The notes under the pieces were generated by a model, which saw only the letters and a program-made list of their open reading frames with translations, was not told the DNA's origin and searched no databases. DNA of 64,000 bases from Octopus bimaculoides. Taxonomy: Eukaryota. The position numbers were made by a program, and so were the translations under genes. Location: the NCBI RefSeq assembly GCF_001194135.2, contig NC_068996.1, positions 53,040,050 through 53,104,049 of the forward strand, in the 5' to 3' direction. How positions within the stretch are numbered: the first letter of the stretch is position 1; each line of letters begins with the position of its first letter. This document shows, piece by piece, positions 1 to 11,690 of the stretch.

Positions 1-60
<60 letters not shown>

Positions 61-100
61 CATACACACACACACACACACACACACATGTGTGTGTTTG
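1..100. repeat. Compound (TC)n(TA)n(CA)n microsatellite
   Basis: Read directly. Other long tracts at 5937-5978, 28569-28626, 45187-45245, 48255-48310, 55045-55100, 55905-55985 and 59640-59730. Confidence 0.95.
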
Positions 101-149
101 TGTATTTAGGCATATATTTACATGTGAATATGTGTATGTATGTTTTTAG

Positions 150-3100
150 GTGACCCTCTGCGTGAAATTGCTACGGAATGTGGTGTTGAATTTGATGAAG
201 AGAAGACTTCCGTCATTGACCATTTGAACTATGATGTTTCTGATGGAGGAAAGGTATATTTTCATTCTTTATTATTCATCATAACAATTAGCATTGTAGA
301 AATTCATACAATATTTGGGTTTCCAGAATCCTAATTTTAGACTGAAAAATTTGAAAAGATTAGTAAACTATAAATAAGAATATGCACAAAGGTAAATGCG
401 AAAGCTGTAATAGTTACCATCATCATCATTGTTTAACGTCTGCCTTCCATGCTGGCATGGGTGGGATGGTTTGATATGTGCCAGCCAGGCAGAAGACTGC
501 ACCAGACTTCTGTAACTGTTTTGGCTGGATTTTTACAGCTGGATGCCCTTCCTAACACTAACCACTCAGTAGAGTGGACAGAGTGCTTTTTACATGGCAC
601 AAACACAGGCGAGGTTAGTTTTGGCATGATTTTTACAGCTGGATGCCCTTCCAAATACCAACCACTTTACATTGTGGACTGGATGTTTTTTAAGTGGTAC
701 CTACACTGACAGGGTCACCAAGTACCTTGCACGACAAGAAAATCAACTGTTAAGACAAGGTAAACTCACTGATTGTTAATCTCTGGTTTGCAGACATTAA
801 GTTTTGTTTCATTATCATCATTGTCTTAACATCCACTTTTTCATGCTTGCAAGGGTCGAACAGAGTTCATTGAAATAAATTTTCTATGGCCCAATGATGC
901 CCTACCTATCACTGACCCCTGTTTCCAAGCAAGTTAATATTTCCCCCATGGCTAGAATGTTCTCACGGAATATTGGAAATAAATCACATTGCTTATATGA
1001 TAGTGATGCTCTTTTAAAAAGTATCACGCTTTGCAATGACAAGGGCATACACACACACACACATATATATGACATATGGCAAGCTTCTTTCAGTTTCCAT
1101 CTACCAAATCCATTCACAAGGCTTTGGTCAGCCTGGAACTATAGTGGAAGACACCTGTCCAAGATGCCATGCAGTGGGACAGAATCTGAAACCAGCTGTG
1201 TGGTTAAGTTTGATAAGCAAACCTCTTCTTTATGCAGCTATGCTTGTACTTGCTAGATTACATAAAAATTGATTTATATTCTTCCTTAGGCTTTGCCAGT
1301 ATGGAACCTGGATGTTAAAGGATTATGATGGTGAACATTCTGTAAACTTATGGTTGCCGAGATATTTTTTAACATAAAGGATTTAACATTTAATTTCTCC
1401 CTATTATTGTGTACCTGTAACAGTCAGACAATACTACCTTTGTTAAACTTAGTCACATTAGATACTAAGGTATTCAGCAGGATGCCTTCCTTTTACAGAA
1501 AGTTATAAAGAGACAATTTTTCTGTTTAGTTTGTTAAATTTTATGTTAAAAAACATTCCAATGTTCATGTTATTTATGTTTGTTGTTATATTTTAGCATA
1601 CTCTCATAGTTGCTGATTCAAGCAATTTGCTGGATGCTCCAATGATTGTCGGAAAGAAATTAACAGCCCCCTTGTTGTTCCAAGGTGTTGGGTATGTGTA
1701 TTTGTTTTCTTTCCTTTTTTTTTTTTGCTTATTTTTTACCCAGATATCTATTTGGTTGTATTTTTATTGAAACTTTTGGAATTGCTAATTCTCAGAATTT
1801 TAGATATTTTACATTAAATTAAGTTTCAACCAGTTTCAAATGGCAGAGTGTTGTCCATTGAGACAATGTCTGCATGTTCATCATCATCTTCATTTAGCAT
1901 CCATCTTTCCATGCTGGCATGGGTGGGATGGTTTGACAGGAGCTGGCCAGGCAGAAGCCTGCACCAAACATCTGTGCCTGTTTTGGCAGGGTTTTTACAG
2001 CTGGATGCTCTTCCTAACACCAACCACCCTGCAGAGTAGACTGAGTGCTTTTTACGTGGCACCAGCACAAGTGAGGTTGGTTTTGGCATGGTTTTTTACA
2101 GCTGGATACCCTTCCGAACACCAACCACTTTACAGTGTGGACATATTACGGATACTAAACTAGGAGCCGACTGTATGCTGCTTGGCCATTGTATTATTTC
2201 TGCTTTGTGATTAAGATTATGATAGCTCCAGAAATGAACCCAATATTTACCATTATAATATACCAACAATATATATAGAAATATATATACATATTTATAT
2301 ATCTGAGACTTGTTAATATGGCAGTTAGTGGAGGTGGACAGTTCTCATAATCTTTATAAATGGCCTTTTGAGACAGTGAGATTAAAGTAGTTAGTGTTCA
2401 GTTTGAATATCTATAAAGTCAATGTCTAAAGTGGGCAATGCTGGAATATTCCTGTGAATTAAAGTGTTAAATGTTGGGCATGATAAAGTGAATAGGAGAA
2501 GAAGAAATTAATGAGTTGAGAGAGTGTGTGTGTGTGTGTGTGTATGAATGTGGCTAACTTTTTTCAGATATGCAGAAGTCCATGTAGAAGATTACAGCAA
2601 CAGCAGGGGAAGATGTTGAAGTACAAATCTTTAAAATGAATATATCGAATTGTTACAGTGATGCGTGTGTGTGCGCGCGTGCGTGTGTGCTGTCATTTGT
2701 TGATATTATTGACAATGTTACTTAATTTTCAAACTTTTGATTTCACAATATTTCAGAATGATTGCTGACTCTGAAAATCCTCTTGTTCTAAATGTACTTC
2801 ATGGATCATCCACGGCTTATTCTTTTAACCCAAACAACAAAATCGATGAGGTTAGTGTTTCAAACTGCTCTTTTTTACTACATTGATTTAAAATGGTTAC
2901 TTTAAAATGTTTTACAGTTTTCTTTTTTCATATATATATATATATATNNNNNNNNNNNNNNNNNNNNNNNNNNNNNNNNNNNNNNNNNNNNNNNNNNNNN
3001 NNNNNNNNNNNNNNNNNNNNNNNNNNNNNNNNNNNNNNNNNNNNNNNNNNNNNNNNNNNNNNNNNNNNNNNNNNNNNNNNNNNNNNNNNNNNNNNNNNNN

Positions 3101-5932
3101 NNNNNNNNNNNNNNNNNNNNNNNNNNNNNNNNNNNNNNNNNNNTATATAATTGGAAACCAAGAGGAGAATAGAGATTTATTCACATCCAAAACTTTTTAA
3201 TGAAAAAGTTCTCTACAGCATATATAACAATGATCAACATATGTTTCTACTGCAGCAACTACACCTTGCTCTGTATGCAATTATGCATGCTAATCACTGC
3301 AATTTCACTAAGGGTCCTCTCTTACGACGTTTTCAAAGTGAACTAATTCAAACAAGTTTTCTGCATTGGTATTCAGTTGAAGGTTATAGTGTTACTTTTT
3401 CAATCAAATTGAATTCTGGTCTTACAATCACCTCTACTGGTATTACAGTTGAATCATGGCTTATAAAATGTTCATTCACATTACAATCGATTGTAGCAGT
3501 TTCGTTTACATTTTACTGTAAGGAGTACATTATTTATTCAGAGTCAATTTTCACTTGTGTCTGGGTTTACACCCTCAGTTAATATATATATATATGCTTG
3601 CATAGTAGGTGGGTGGCTTATTTGTCATTCATTTATAGCTGAATGTTCTTTTTACCACAAACCACTCAACTGCTTTAATGTTGAAACCAGTTAGATCCAG
3701 CTTCTCACTCCTACCCTACAATGTCATTCTAAAAACAAATGATCATATCATCAAAATCTCAAAGCTATGAGACAATGCATGATTAATTCAAAACAATATA
3801 AATAAATAAGCATTACATTTGACAGTGAAGGCACCTGGCTCAGTGGTTAGCATGAGGTAGTGAGTTCAATTCCTGGACTGGGATGTGAGTTGTGTTTCTG
3901 AGCAAGACACTTTATTTCACATTGCTCCAGTTCACTCAGCCATAGAAATGAGTTGCAATGTTGCTGATACTAAGCTGTATCGGCCTTTGCCTTTTCCTTG
4001 GATAACACTTGTGGCATGGAAAAGAGAGACTTGCATGCATGGGTTATTGTTGGTCTTCCATAAACATCTTTGCCTGGACTTGTGCTTCAGAGAGAAATGT
4101 TCTAGATGCAATTCATGGCCAAAGGGTTCTAGATTTAACAATAATTTGAGTGCTTAAAGGTTAAACCTGGAAGCACAAGATTTTCTATGCTTTTTTTTGT
4201 TTGTTCTTTGTTTTTGTGGGTTGGAGGGGGTGGATGTTTTCATGTTTCACTTTGTTTGAAATGTAACATACTTGTGTTATTCAATCCTAGGTTAGCCATC
4301 AATACATTTACTTTTGTGGAACTTATACATCTACAGTAATGAACACAGATTCCATTAAAATAGTCCGAGTAAAATTAGATGAAATATCATCAACTCAAAG
4401 ATGACAAAAGATTTCTTCTGCAATTTAGTAAATTCAACAAATCCAATCAAAATACAGAACTGAAATATACTTGTGATATCATTCACAAAGGGATTACCTT
4501 TCTATATTTAAGAGATGAGGAATTATGTACATTATTTACATTTGATGGATATTTGTCCTCATCTTGTTTGTTGTTAACAACAAACAAGATGAGGACAAAT
4601 ATCCATCAAAACCTTTATCCAGCATGAGAGAGTTCAAATAATGATTGTGCTTTATCTGAATTTCCAAGATGAAGAATTATCATTTTTTAGACTAATGACC
4701 TCGTTTTGGTTGTTATTTTTTTACTTGCTTCAGTCATTTGACTGACTGCGACCATGCTGGAGCTCCAGTCTTGAAGAGTTTTTTAGTTGAAGAAATCAAC
4801 ACCAGGACTTATTCTTTGTAAGCCCAGTACTTATTCTATCAGTTCTCTTTTGCTGAACCGCTAAGTTATGGAAACAAACACACCAACATGAGTTGTCATG
4901 CAAGAGTGGGGGGGACAAACACAGACACATATACACATATATATAACGGGCTTCTTTCAGTTTCCATCTACCAAATCCACTCACAAGGCCTGAGGTTATA
5001 GTAGAAGACACTTGCCCAAGGTACCATGCAAGTGGGACTGAACCCGGGACCATGTGGTTGGGAAGCAAGCTTCTTACCACACAGCCACGCCAGCACCTAG
5101 TTATGGTTAGAAAATCTTGGCCATGTTAATCATTTGGTCTTCTTCAAATGTCTGCTATTATATTTGGTAAAATTCTCAAAAATTTTAACCAAACTCTTTG
5201 TTCCATTCATATTCCATTGACCTTGTCTGGGATATTCTTGTACATGATTTGATATTTGGATTTTTCAGTTTCCTCATGCTGTGGGCAAGAATACTCTACT
5301 TATTGCTGCTTTGCAAGCAAGGAACAATGCCAGAGTTGTATTTGTTGGCTCTCTAGATTTTTTCAGTGACCAGTTTTTCACGGCGCCTGTTCAGAAGGCT
5401 AGTGATGGATTACGGTAAGTGATTCTTTTAATTCTTTCAATACATTTGAAATTATTTTTTCATCAAAAGAAATAATTCTATAAATTTGAGTTATAAATAA
5501 TTTATTATAATTACATTTTTAAAATTTTATTTACTTAATTTAGTGTTGAGAAATCTGGCAATCAAGAACTTGCAGCCAATTTAGCTGAATGGGTTTTGAA
5601 GATGAAAGGTGTTTTACGAGTTCGCAAAGTATCTCATCATATTTCTGGCAAAACCACCCCACCTCCTGCATATACAATTTTGGATGATGTTGTAAGTAAT
5701 ATATATCTTGATAACTAGGAAAAATAGATTCATGGTAGTTCATTAAATTAAATTTTAACACAAGTTATTTTTTCAAGTTATCAACATCAGTTGCTCATTT
5801 TCTCAAACAACTTCTCATCGATCTGAACTTTTATTGGAATTAGTGAAATCTTTATATCACCACTCTCAACATTTTTTAACAGTCTTTTTAACGGTAACTA
5901 ATCAAATTTAGCATCTCTCTCTCTCTCCCCCC

Positions 5933-5981
<49 letters not shown>

Positions 5982-7228
5982 TACACATCAGGCATATTTA
6001 AAAAGAAAAAGATTTTAAAACTCAAGATAAAAATCAGATACGCAGATTGTAACTGTTCACAAGAAATATCATTACATAATTTAAAATTTGTATCTTGAAT
6101 ATTATTGTATGGTCATTAATTAAATTAAGATCTTGGCTTGTACGTTGAAAATATGCTTAAGCATGTTAGGTTACAAACTATTTTTCAGGCAATACCGATT
6201 TCTTTTCATTATATCTTTGGAACATATTTCTTCTGCTTTTTGAGTCTTTTCATGCAAAATTTAACTCCAATGTTAATATTACCTGAAATATTGTACAAAA
6301 TTTTCTTAAAACCATTGCAAAATATTAAAAAAGTAAACTACTACTTTTTTTCTTTTTCTTTATCAAAGGAATACAGTATTGAAATTGAAGAATATGCCAA
6401 TGGAAAGTGGCAACCTTTTGAGGCTGAAAATGTACAATTAGAATTTGTACGCATTGATCCATTTATTTGCCAGACTTTAGAAGGGAAAGGTAAAATAATT
6501 CTATTCAATTAACTATTATTAATTCATGTATAGTTTTACCATTAATAAACAATATCAGTTGCATTTTCAGAACCATTTCTAGCTGCAAAAATAAATATAC
6601 AACTTTAAAACTCTTTTCTACAAAAATAAATATACAACTTTAAAACTCGTTTCTACAAAAATAAATATACAACTTTAAAACACTTTTCTCTTTATCCTTA
6701 AATTTCGTTAGTGTCTTTCAATTTAGTCATATTTCAAAATCTTTTTCTATTTTACAATTCCTTTTTTTTTAGATGGTGTATTTTCAACTCGCTTTAAACT
6801 TCCTGATGTTTATGGTGTGTATCAGTTCAGAATAGACTTTAATAGAATGGGATTCACACATCTATTCAGTTTGACTCAGGTAAGTCTCTTGACCCCTTTT
6901 AAATTAAATTTTGCTTTTCATGAGATTATGATTTGTAGAATATTTGAACTTCGTTTCCAAATATTTTCAAATTTGATTCACTTAAGTTCGCATATGAAAG
7001 TACTATCATGATGATATTTATGATAAATGTAGTTTGATAGTAAAATTAAGATCTGCAAATTTTGTTTTGTAGGTATCTGTACGTCCATTAGAGCATACGC
7101 AATACGAAAGATTTATACCATCAGCGTATCCTTATTATGTGAGTGCATTTTCTATGATGTTTGGTGTGTTCCTGTTAAGTTTGGTATTCCTCCACTACAA
7201 AGAAGATGTCAAAGAAAAAGACGAGTGA
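150..7228 (+). CDS. DDOST: Oligosaccharyltransferase 48 kDa subunit (OST48/WBP1), last 8 coding exons; 5' exons lie outside the window
   Basis: GT-AG exons 150-253, 1597-1691, 2757-2850, 5269-5414, 5544-5691, 6369-6489, 6773-6879 and 7073-7228 splice in frame. They give [104 protein letters not shown], then a TM helix and C-terminal KEKDE* (KxKxx ER-retrieval motif). Confidence 0.98.
419..720 (-). mobile_element. RTE 3'-end-derived short repeat with (GAT)n tail
   Basis: catcatcatcattgtttaacgtctgccttccatgctggcatggg..ggatgcccttcctaac matches the 3' end of the RTE at 14480-15931. Further copies at ~1880-2150, 7990-8240, 8270-8480, 9295-9500, 21655-21972, 32720-33265, 44255-44560, 47125-47330 and 62400-62740. 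Confidence 0.85.
1075..1245 (-). mobile_element. tRNA-derived SINE (family with ..ggcaccttgggcaagtgtcttctactatagcc..)
   Basis: Dispersed repeat with A/B-box head, usually next to (TA)n. Other copies at ~4945-5097, 25135-25290, 44015-44160, 49408-49570 (least decayed) and 59490-59640. Confidence 0.85.
3665..4165. mobile_element. TTAA-type MITE interrupted by a tRNA-derived SINE (~3828-4140)
   Basis: The body matches the MITE at 33987-34280, and its right end (tgcttaaaggttaa) resumes after the SINE. Confidence 0.6.
4541..4610. repeat. Perfect 70-bp palindrome centred on GTT|AAC
   Basis: 4541-4575 is the exact reverse complement of 4576-4610. The sequence matches the outer arms of the element at 45519-45937. 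Confidence 0.95.
4722..4945 (-). mobile_element. SINE (..gaataagtactaggcttacaaagaataagtcc.. family)
   Basis: Near-identical copies at ~24885-25090, 43075-43260 and 48390-48510. Confidence 0.8.
6586..6689. repeat. 35-bp minisatellite, 3 copies, in a DDOST intron
   Basis: Unit caaaaataaatatacaactttaaaactcttttcta repeated three times with 1-2 changes. Confidence 0.9.
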
Positions 7229-7307
7229 ACATAGCTAAACCAGTAGAAAGTAAAATGACTCATTCCATTTCACATTTTATTACATTTTCTTCAACTAAAA
7301 AATTGTT

Positions 7308-7313
7308 AATAAA
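7308..7313 (+). terminator. Probable DDOST polyadenylation signal AATAAA
   Basis: AATAAA 80 nt after the stop codon, followed by T-rich sequence. Confidence 0.6.
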
Positions 7314-8519
7314 ATTTAAAAAGTATTCTGTCTTTTTTTTTATTTACACATTCTGTGGCAAAATGACAAAAAACAAAACTCAAACTTAATCTTTATTAAA
7401 CTAAGTTCATGTTTTCAATTCAAATGTTTTATTGCACTTTAACTTCCTATTAAATTATTCCAAGATAATATTCAGATTCAAATATCATTTATGAATAGAC
7501 AGATGCTAAATAAACCTTCTCAGTTATCTTTTGTTGGCCAAGTTAATCTGTTTGATGTAGGAAGTATTAAAAAGCTGTCAGAAATAATTATACTGGAAAG
7601 AAAAGACAAAATTATTTCTTCATTTTTATATCCATTTTACTATACTGGGTTCAATGAAACTGAAACAGATTTTCCTGAGCTGGATATTCTCTCTATCAAC
7701 ACATCAGTCATTGTTTTTCAAGTAAGGTATTTTGGATTCCCCTCATCCTCCATATGACTCCCAAAGTGTACATTTTGTTTACTACAGAATGTAAATAGTC
7801 TTATAAATTTTGCTTAGACAGTGTTAATGAAGACTTGTAACATCAGCATTCCTGATACTATATACATACATATATATATATATATAGTATTAATAAAATA
7901 GATGGAAAGTGTAATAGACTTTATTGGGTACAATACATGTTTCGACCCGTTCTGGGTCTCTTTAGATACATCAATAAAAAGTCTCATGAAAAAGCACTTG
8001 TGTTGTTGTCACATAAAAAACACCTCTACTGGTGCCACATATGAAGCACCTGTGCTGGTGTCACATAAAAAGCACCCAGTACACTCTGTAAAGTTGTTGG
8101 CATTAGGAAGGGCGTCTAGCTGTAGAAACCTTCCCAAAAGAGATAATTGAAGTTTGGTGCAGCTCTCTGGCTTGCCAACTTCTTGTCAAACCATCCAACC
8201 CATGCTAACATGGAAAATGGCTGTTTGATGATGATGATACACACACACACACGACAGGCTCGTTTCAGTTTCATCATCGTCATCCTCATTGTTTAACACC
8301 CATTTTCCATGCTGGCATGAGTTGGATGATTTGACAAGGAGTTGGCAAGCCAGCGGGCTGCATCAAATTCCAATTGTCTGTTATGGCTTGGTTTCTATGA
8401 CTGGATGCCCTTCCTAATGCCATCACTTAACAATGTGTGCTGGGTGCAATAACACAGCACTGGCACGAGTGCATTTTACTTAGCTTGACACATTTTTTGA
8501 AGTACTGCAAATTGCTACT

Positions 8520-9065
8520 ACTCTCGGTGTCATTTCCTCGGTAAGGTCCAGCATCTGAAGATCCTTTCTCACTACTTTGTCCCACGTCTTCCTGGGTTTA
8601 CCCCTTTCACAGGGTCCCTCCACAATTAGAGCTTGCACTTCTTTAAGCAGCTGTCCTCATCCATACACATCTCATGACCAAACCAGCACAGTCTTCCCTC
8701 TTGCATACAACATCTGATGCCTCTTACACCCAGTTTTCCTCTTAAATCATTTACACTTTGTCATATATATATATACACTGACATTATCCATCCAGTGGGG
8801 AATGCTGGGTTCATTTCTTTCAAGCCTTTGCAAGTTCTCTGTAGTCAAAGGCCATGTGTTACTGCCATGTAACATAGCTGTGTACATACAGGTATCATAC
8901 AATCTGTCTTTCAATCTGAGGGAGAAGCCCTTAGTTACCAACAAAGGTAGAATCTCTCTGAACTTTACCCAGCCCATTCTTATCCTAGCAACTAGATTTT
9001 CAGAACTCCCTCCCCACTGCTAACTTGGTCAGCTAGGTAACAGAAGCTGTCTACTACTTTGAATG
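8520..9065 (-). mobile_element. RTE-clade LINE, C-terminal RT fragment
   Basis: GWVKFREILPLLVTKGFSLRLKDRLYDTC..MLHGSNTW..LERNE is homologous to the ORF at 14475-14861. Confidence 0.9.
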
Positions 9066-10269
9066 ATTGTCCCCAAGCATTTGAGGAAATTTGTTGTCTG
9101 CCCCTTTTTTGTATTTATTGTACCCTCACATTTGCCACACATGAAGACTATTTCCTCCGTCAACTTTCCGGTGATAAGGTTTTGGTGAAGCTGGGAAAAT
9201 ATTTCCTCAAGATGCTATGTAGTAGGACTGAACCCAAAGCTACATGGTTGGTAAGTGGTCTTTTTAACCACATGGCCATGCCTGTGCTTCCATAATCATC
9301 ATCATCGTTTAACGTCCGCCTTCCATACTGGCATGGGTGGAACAATTTGATAGAATCCAACAAGCTGAACAACTGTGAATAGCCCCAGTGTTTGCTTTGG
9401 CAAGGTTTCTACAGCTGGATACCTGTCCTGATGCCAACCGTTTTGCAGAATGTATTGGATGCGTCTTATTTTGTTTTTCATGTCATTGGCACTCGTAAGA
9501 TCGTCGAGTAACTTGCAAGACAAAGAAAGAAATGCTCCCTTGTCTGAGGGGGTGGGTGTACAGCTGGGGGAGGGGTTTTATACAAGGTGTTGAGAATCCA
9601 AAGCATGATAGAGGGACAGGCACAAATGTTTTGCTTTGGAAGTGAAAGGGAGTAAGTGGGAGGAGATATAATGTGATGGTTTGGGAAAGTAGTTTAAGAG
9701 AGAATACAGGCTGGAGATGAGGAGATGGGTTAAGCTGATGAGATTAGAGATGGGAGTAAAAGAAACACCTGTGGTAGGAGGAAGCCATACAAGGAGGGTG
9801 GAGAGCAACAGCATAATAAACCTGTCGGTAGTCCAGAAAATAGGGAGACGACGAGATGGGTAAGTAGAGGTAGCTATAGTGCGATGGCAGATATGAAAGG
9901 GTGATTAGGTATGCCAGTTGTAAGATGTAGATTAGGGAGGGGTGAGGAAGAGATCCCTGGAGGCTCAGAAAGGGGTTAGCAGTGGAAAATAAATTAGGAA
10001 GGGACGATGCTGAGAATAAAGGATGGATGTTAAAGGAAGTCGTTTCAACTAGGAGGGGAGGTAACTAGTAGCACAAAGGGGAGCGAATATGTTCAGATTT
10101 TGCTGTCAAAATTATTACAACAGCTGAAGGCAGATGGATGTTATGAAGATGAGAGATAGGGAAAGCTTAACAGGTGCAGGGCCCAGTGAGTGCTTTTAGG
10201 ACCTCGCTTTTGTTATGAGACACAGTGAAATGGCAATTATTTTGGTCCTTTTTCATCTCCTTGAGGCTC

Positions 10270-11690
10270 CATATTTTGAGATCAGCCTTCAGTACCATCT
10301 TCTGTCTTCCTGGGTCTCTCTCTCTCCCAAAGTTGCATTTACTTTAATATGGCTGTCTTCATCCATATGCATCACATAACCATATTGGTGCAGTCTTCTT
10401 TTTTGCACACTCTCAATACTGTCATACATGCACAATTCATTGGAGTAAGGTGCATTTTCTAGCCTTTGAATATCCTGTAATAAACGACCGTGCGAACCAA
10501 AGGAGATGGCGACGAATAGGAGAAGGCTCCTTTTAACGTGTCGCACGGTCGACACAAAACATAATATGACATAAGAGGGCTCACATGTGAGATGCGAGGT
10601 AAGTGCCAGCAAGGAAAGAGAGAGATGGAGAGAGACCGTTAGTTATATATAAAGAGTAAGTTTATTAGCATAGTGAAATGTGTGTCTGTGTGTGCGTGCA
10701 TGCGGTAACATAAGTAACACAATATATAAGACAGGCCTTCTTGTACAAGAGTATGTATACAACAATATGTGTGAATGAGAAATACAGAACATGGAATAAG
10801 TGTCTTTAACATAGATTATAAGAGTCCTGAACACAAAGATAAGAAAGTACCAGTTCATAGAAGAGTTACACAGTAGGTAGAATGTCTGTACACAAGAGGT
10901 CGTGGCTGAATAGCAGAGCTGTGGTGTCACAAGTCGTGAGTGAAGTTGAGCGTCGATGCTGCGACCGGTTACTTAGTACAGAAGATCCTCGCAGGTTGGT
11001 TCTGGCTGTTATTTTCGAGGTGGAAACAATCCACGCAAACAGTGTTGAGAAGGAACCGCGGTTGCTGTTGGTAGCGTGTACTCTGGTGGTGGTGGTGTTG
11101 GCGCTGGCGACGACATTGTAGTAGACAGTAGGTCAGTGGTGTTGACGTCGTCGCTGGAAACTGGCTGGAGCTGTGTTCTGTGTGTGGTCTACGACCAGAC
11201 CCGAAAAGGTCTGAAATCGCGACAGACTGGCGTAGATGAAGCAAGACTATTTATATATAAAAAAGGGGCTCAGGAAACAGCAGAAATAACTCTCTCTCAC
11301 ATGACCTTAACAGAAGGCCACGATTGGTTGATATGCACCGTGGCGCGAAACAGAACTGTTGACAAATGCCGCGCAAATAAGAGCCAATTAGGGTGGTGGA
11401 CACAACAAGGTCCAAACAGCCGAAGGCTAGATGTTAGCCGCTACGTTATCATTTGTAAATAAATACCCGAGAGAGAGGTTTCACTACAATCCTATGCATT
11501 CAGGGATTGTGTCTCACTACCATGCAGTATTGCTGTTCATATATCATACAATTTCCATTTCAACCAGAGAAAGAGGCACTTTCAGTTCTAACATAGGTAA
11601 TAAATCCTTAAACTTTCTCCAACTGCTCCATATTCTAGCAACTATATTTTCAGAACATCATCTTCCACTACTAATTAGGTCACCTAAGTA
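10270..11690 (-). mobile_element. Degraded RTE fragment split by a solo LTR
   Basis: KLYD..AILHGSET (right of the LTR) continues into DIQRLEN..KRRLHQYGYVMHMDED (left of the LTR). Confidence 0.75.
10476..11488 (-). mobile_element. Solo LTR (~1013 bp), probably Ty3/gypsy type
   Basis: TG..CA termini with imperfect terminal IR (TGTAATAAAC / TGTAGTGAAAC) and a 4-bp TSD ATCC (10472-10475, 11489-11492). Minus-strand TATATAAA at ~11250-11257 and AATAAA at 10661-10666. CpG-rich. Confidence 0.85.

Noticed and set aside
9530-10200. Purine-rich stretch with a 78-aa minus ORF, possibly an old LINE
   Set aside because: No diagnostic motif could be read.
10969-11462. Overlapping ORFs of 91-128 aa
   Set aside because: They lie inside the solo LTR and are low-complexity.
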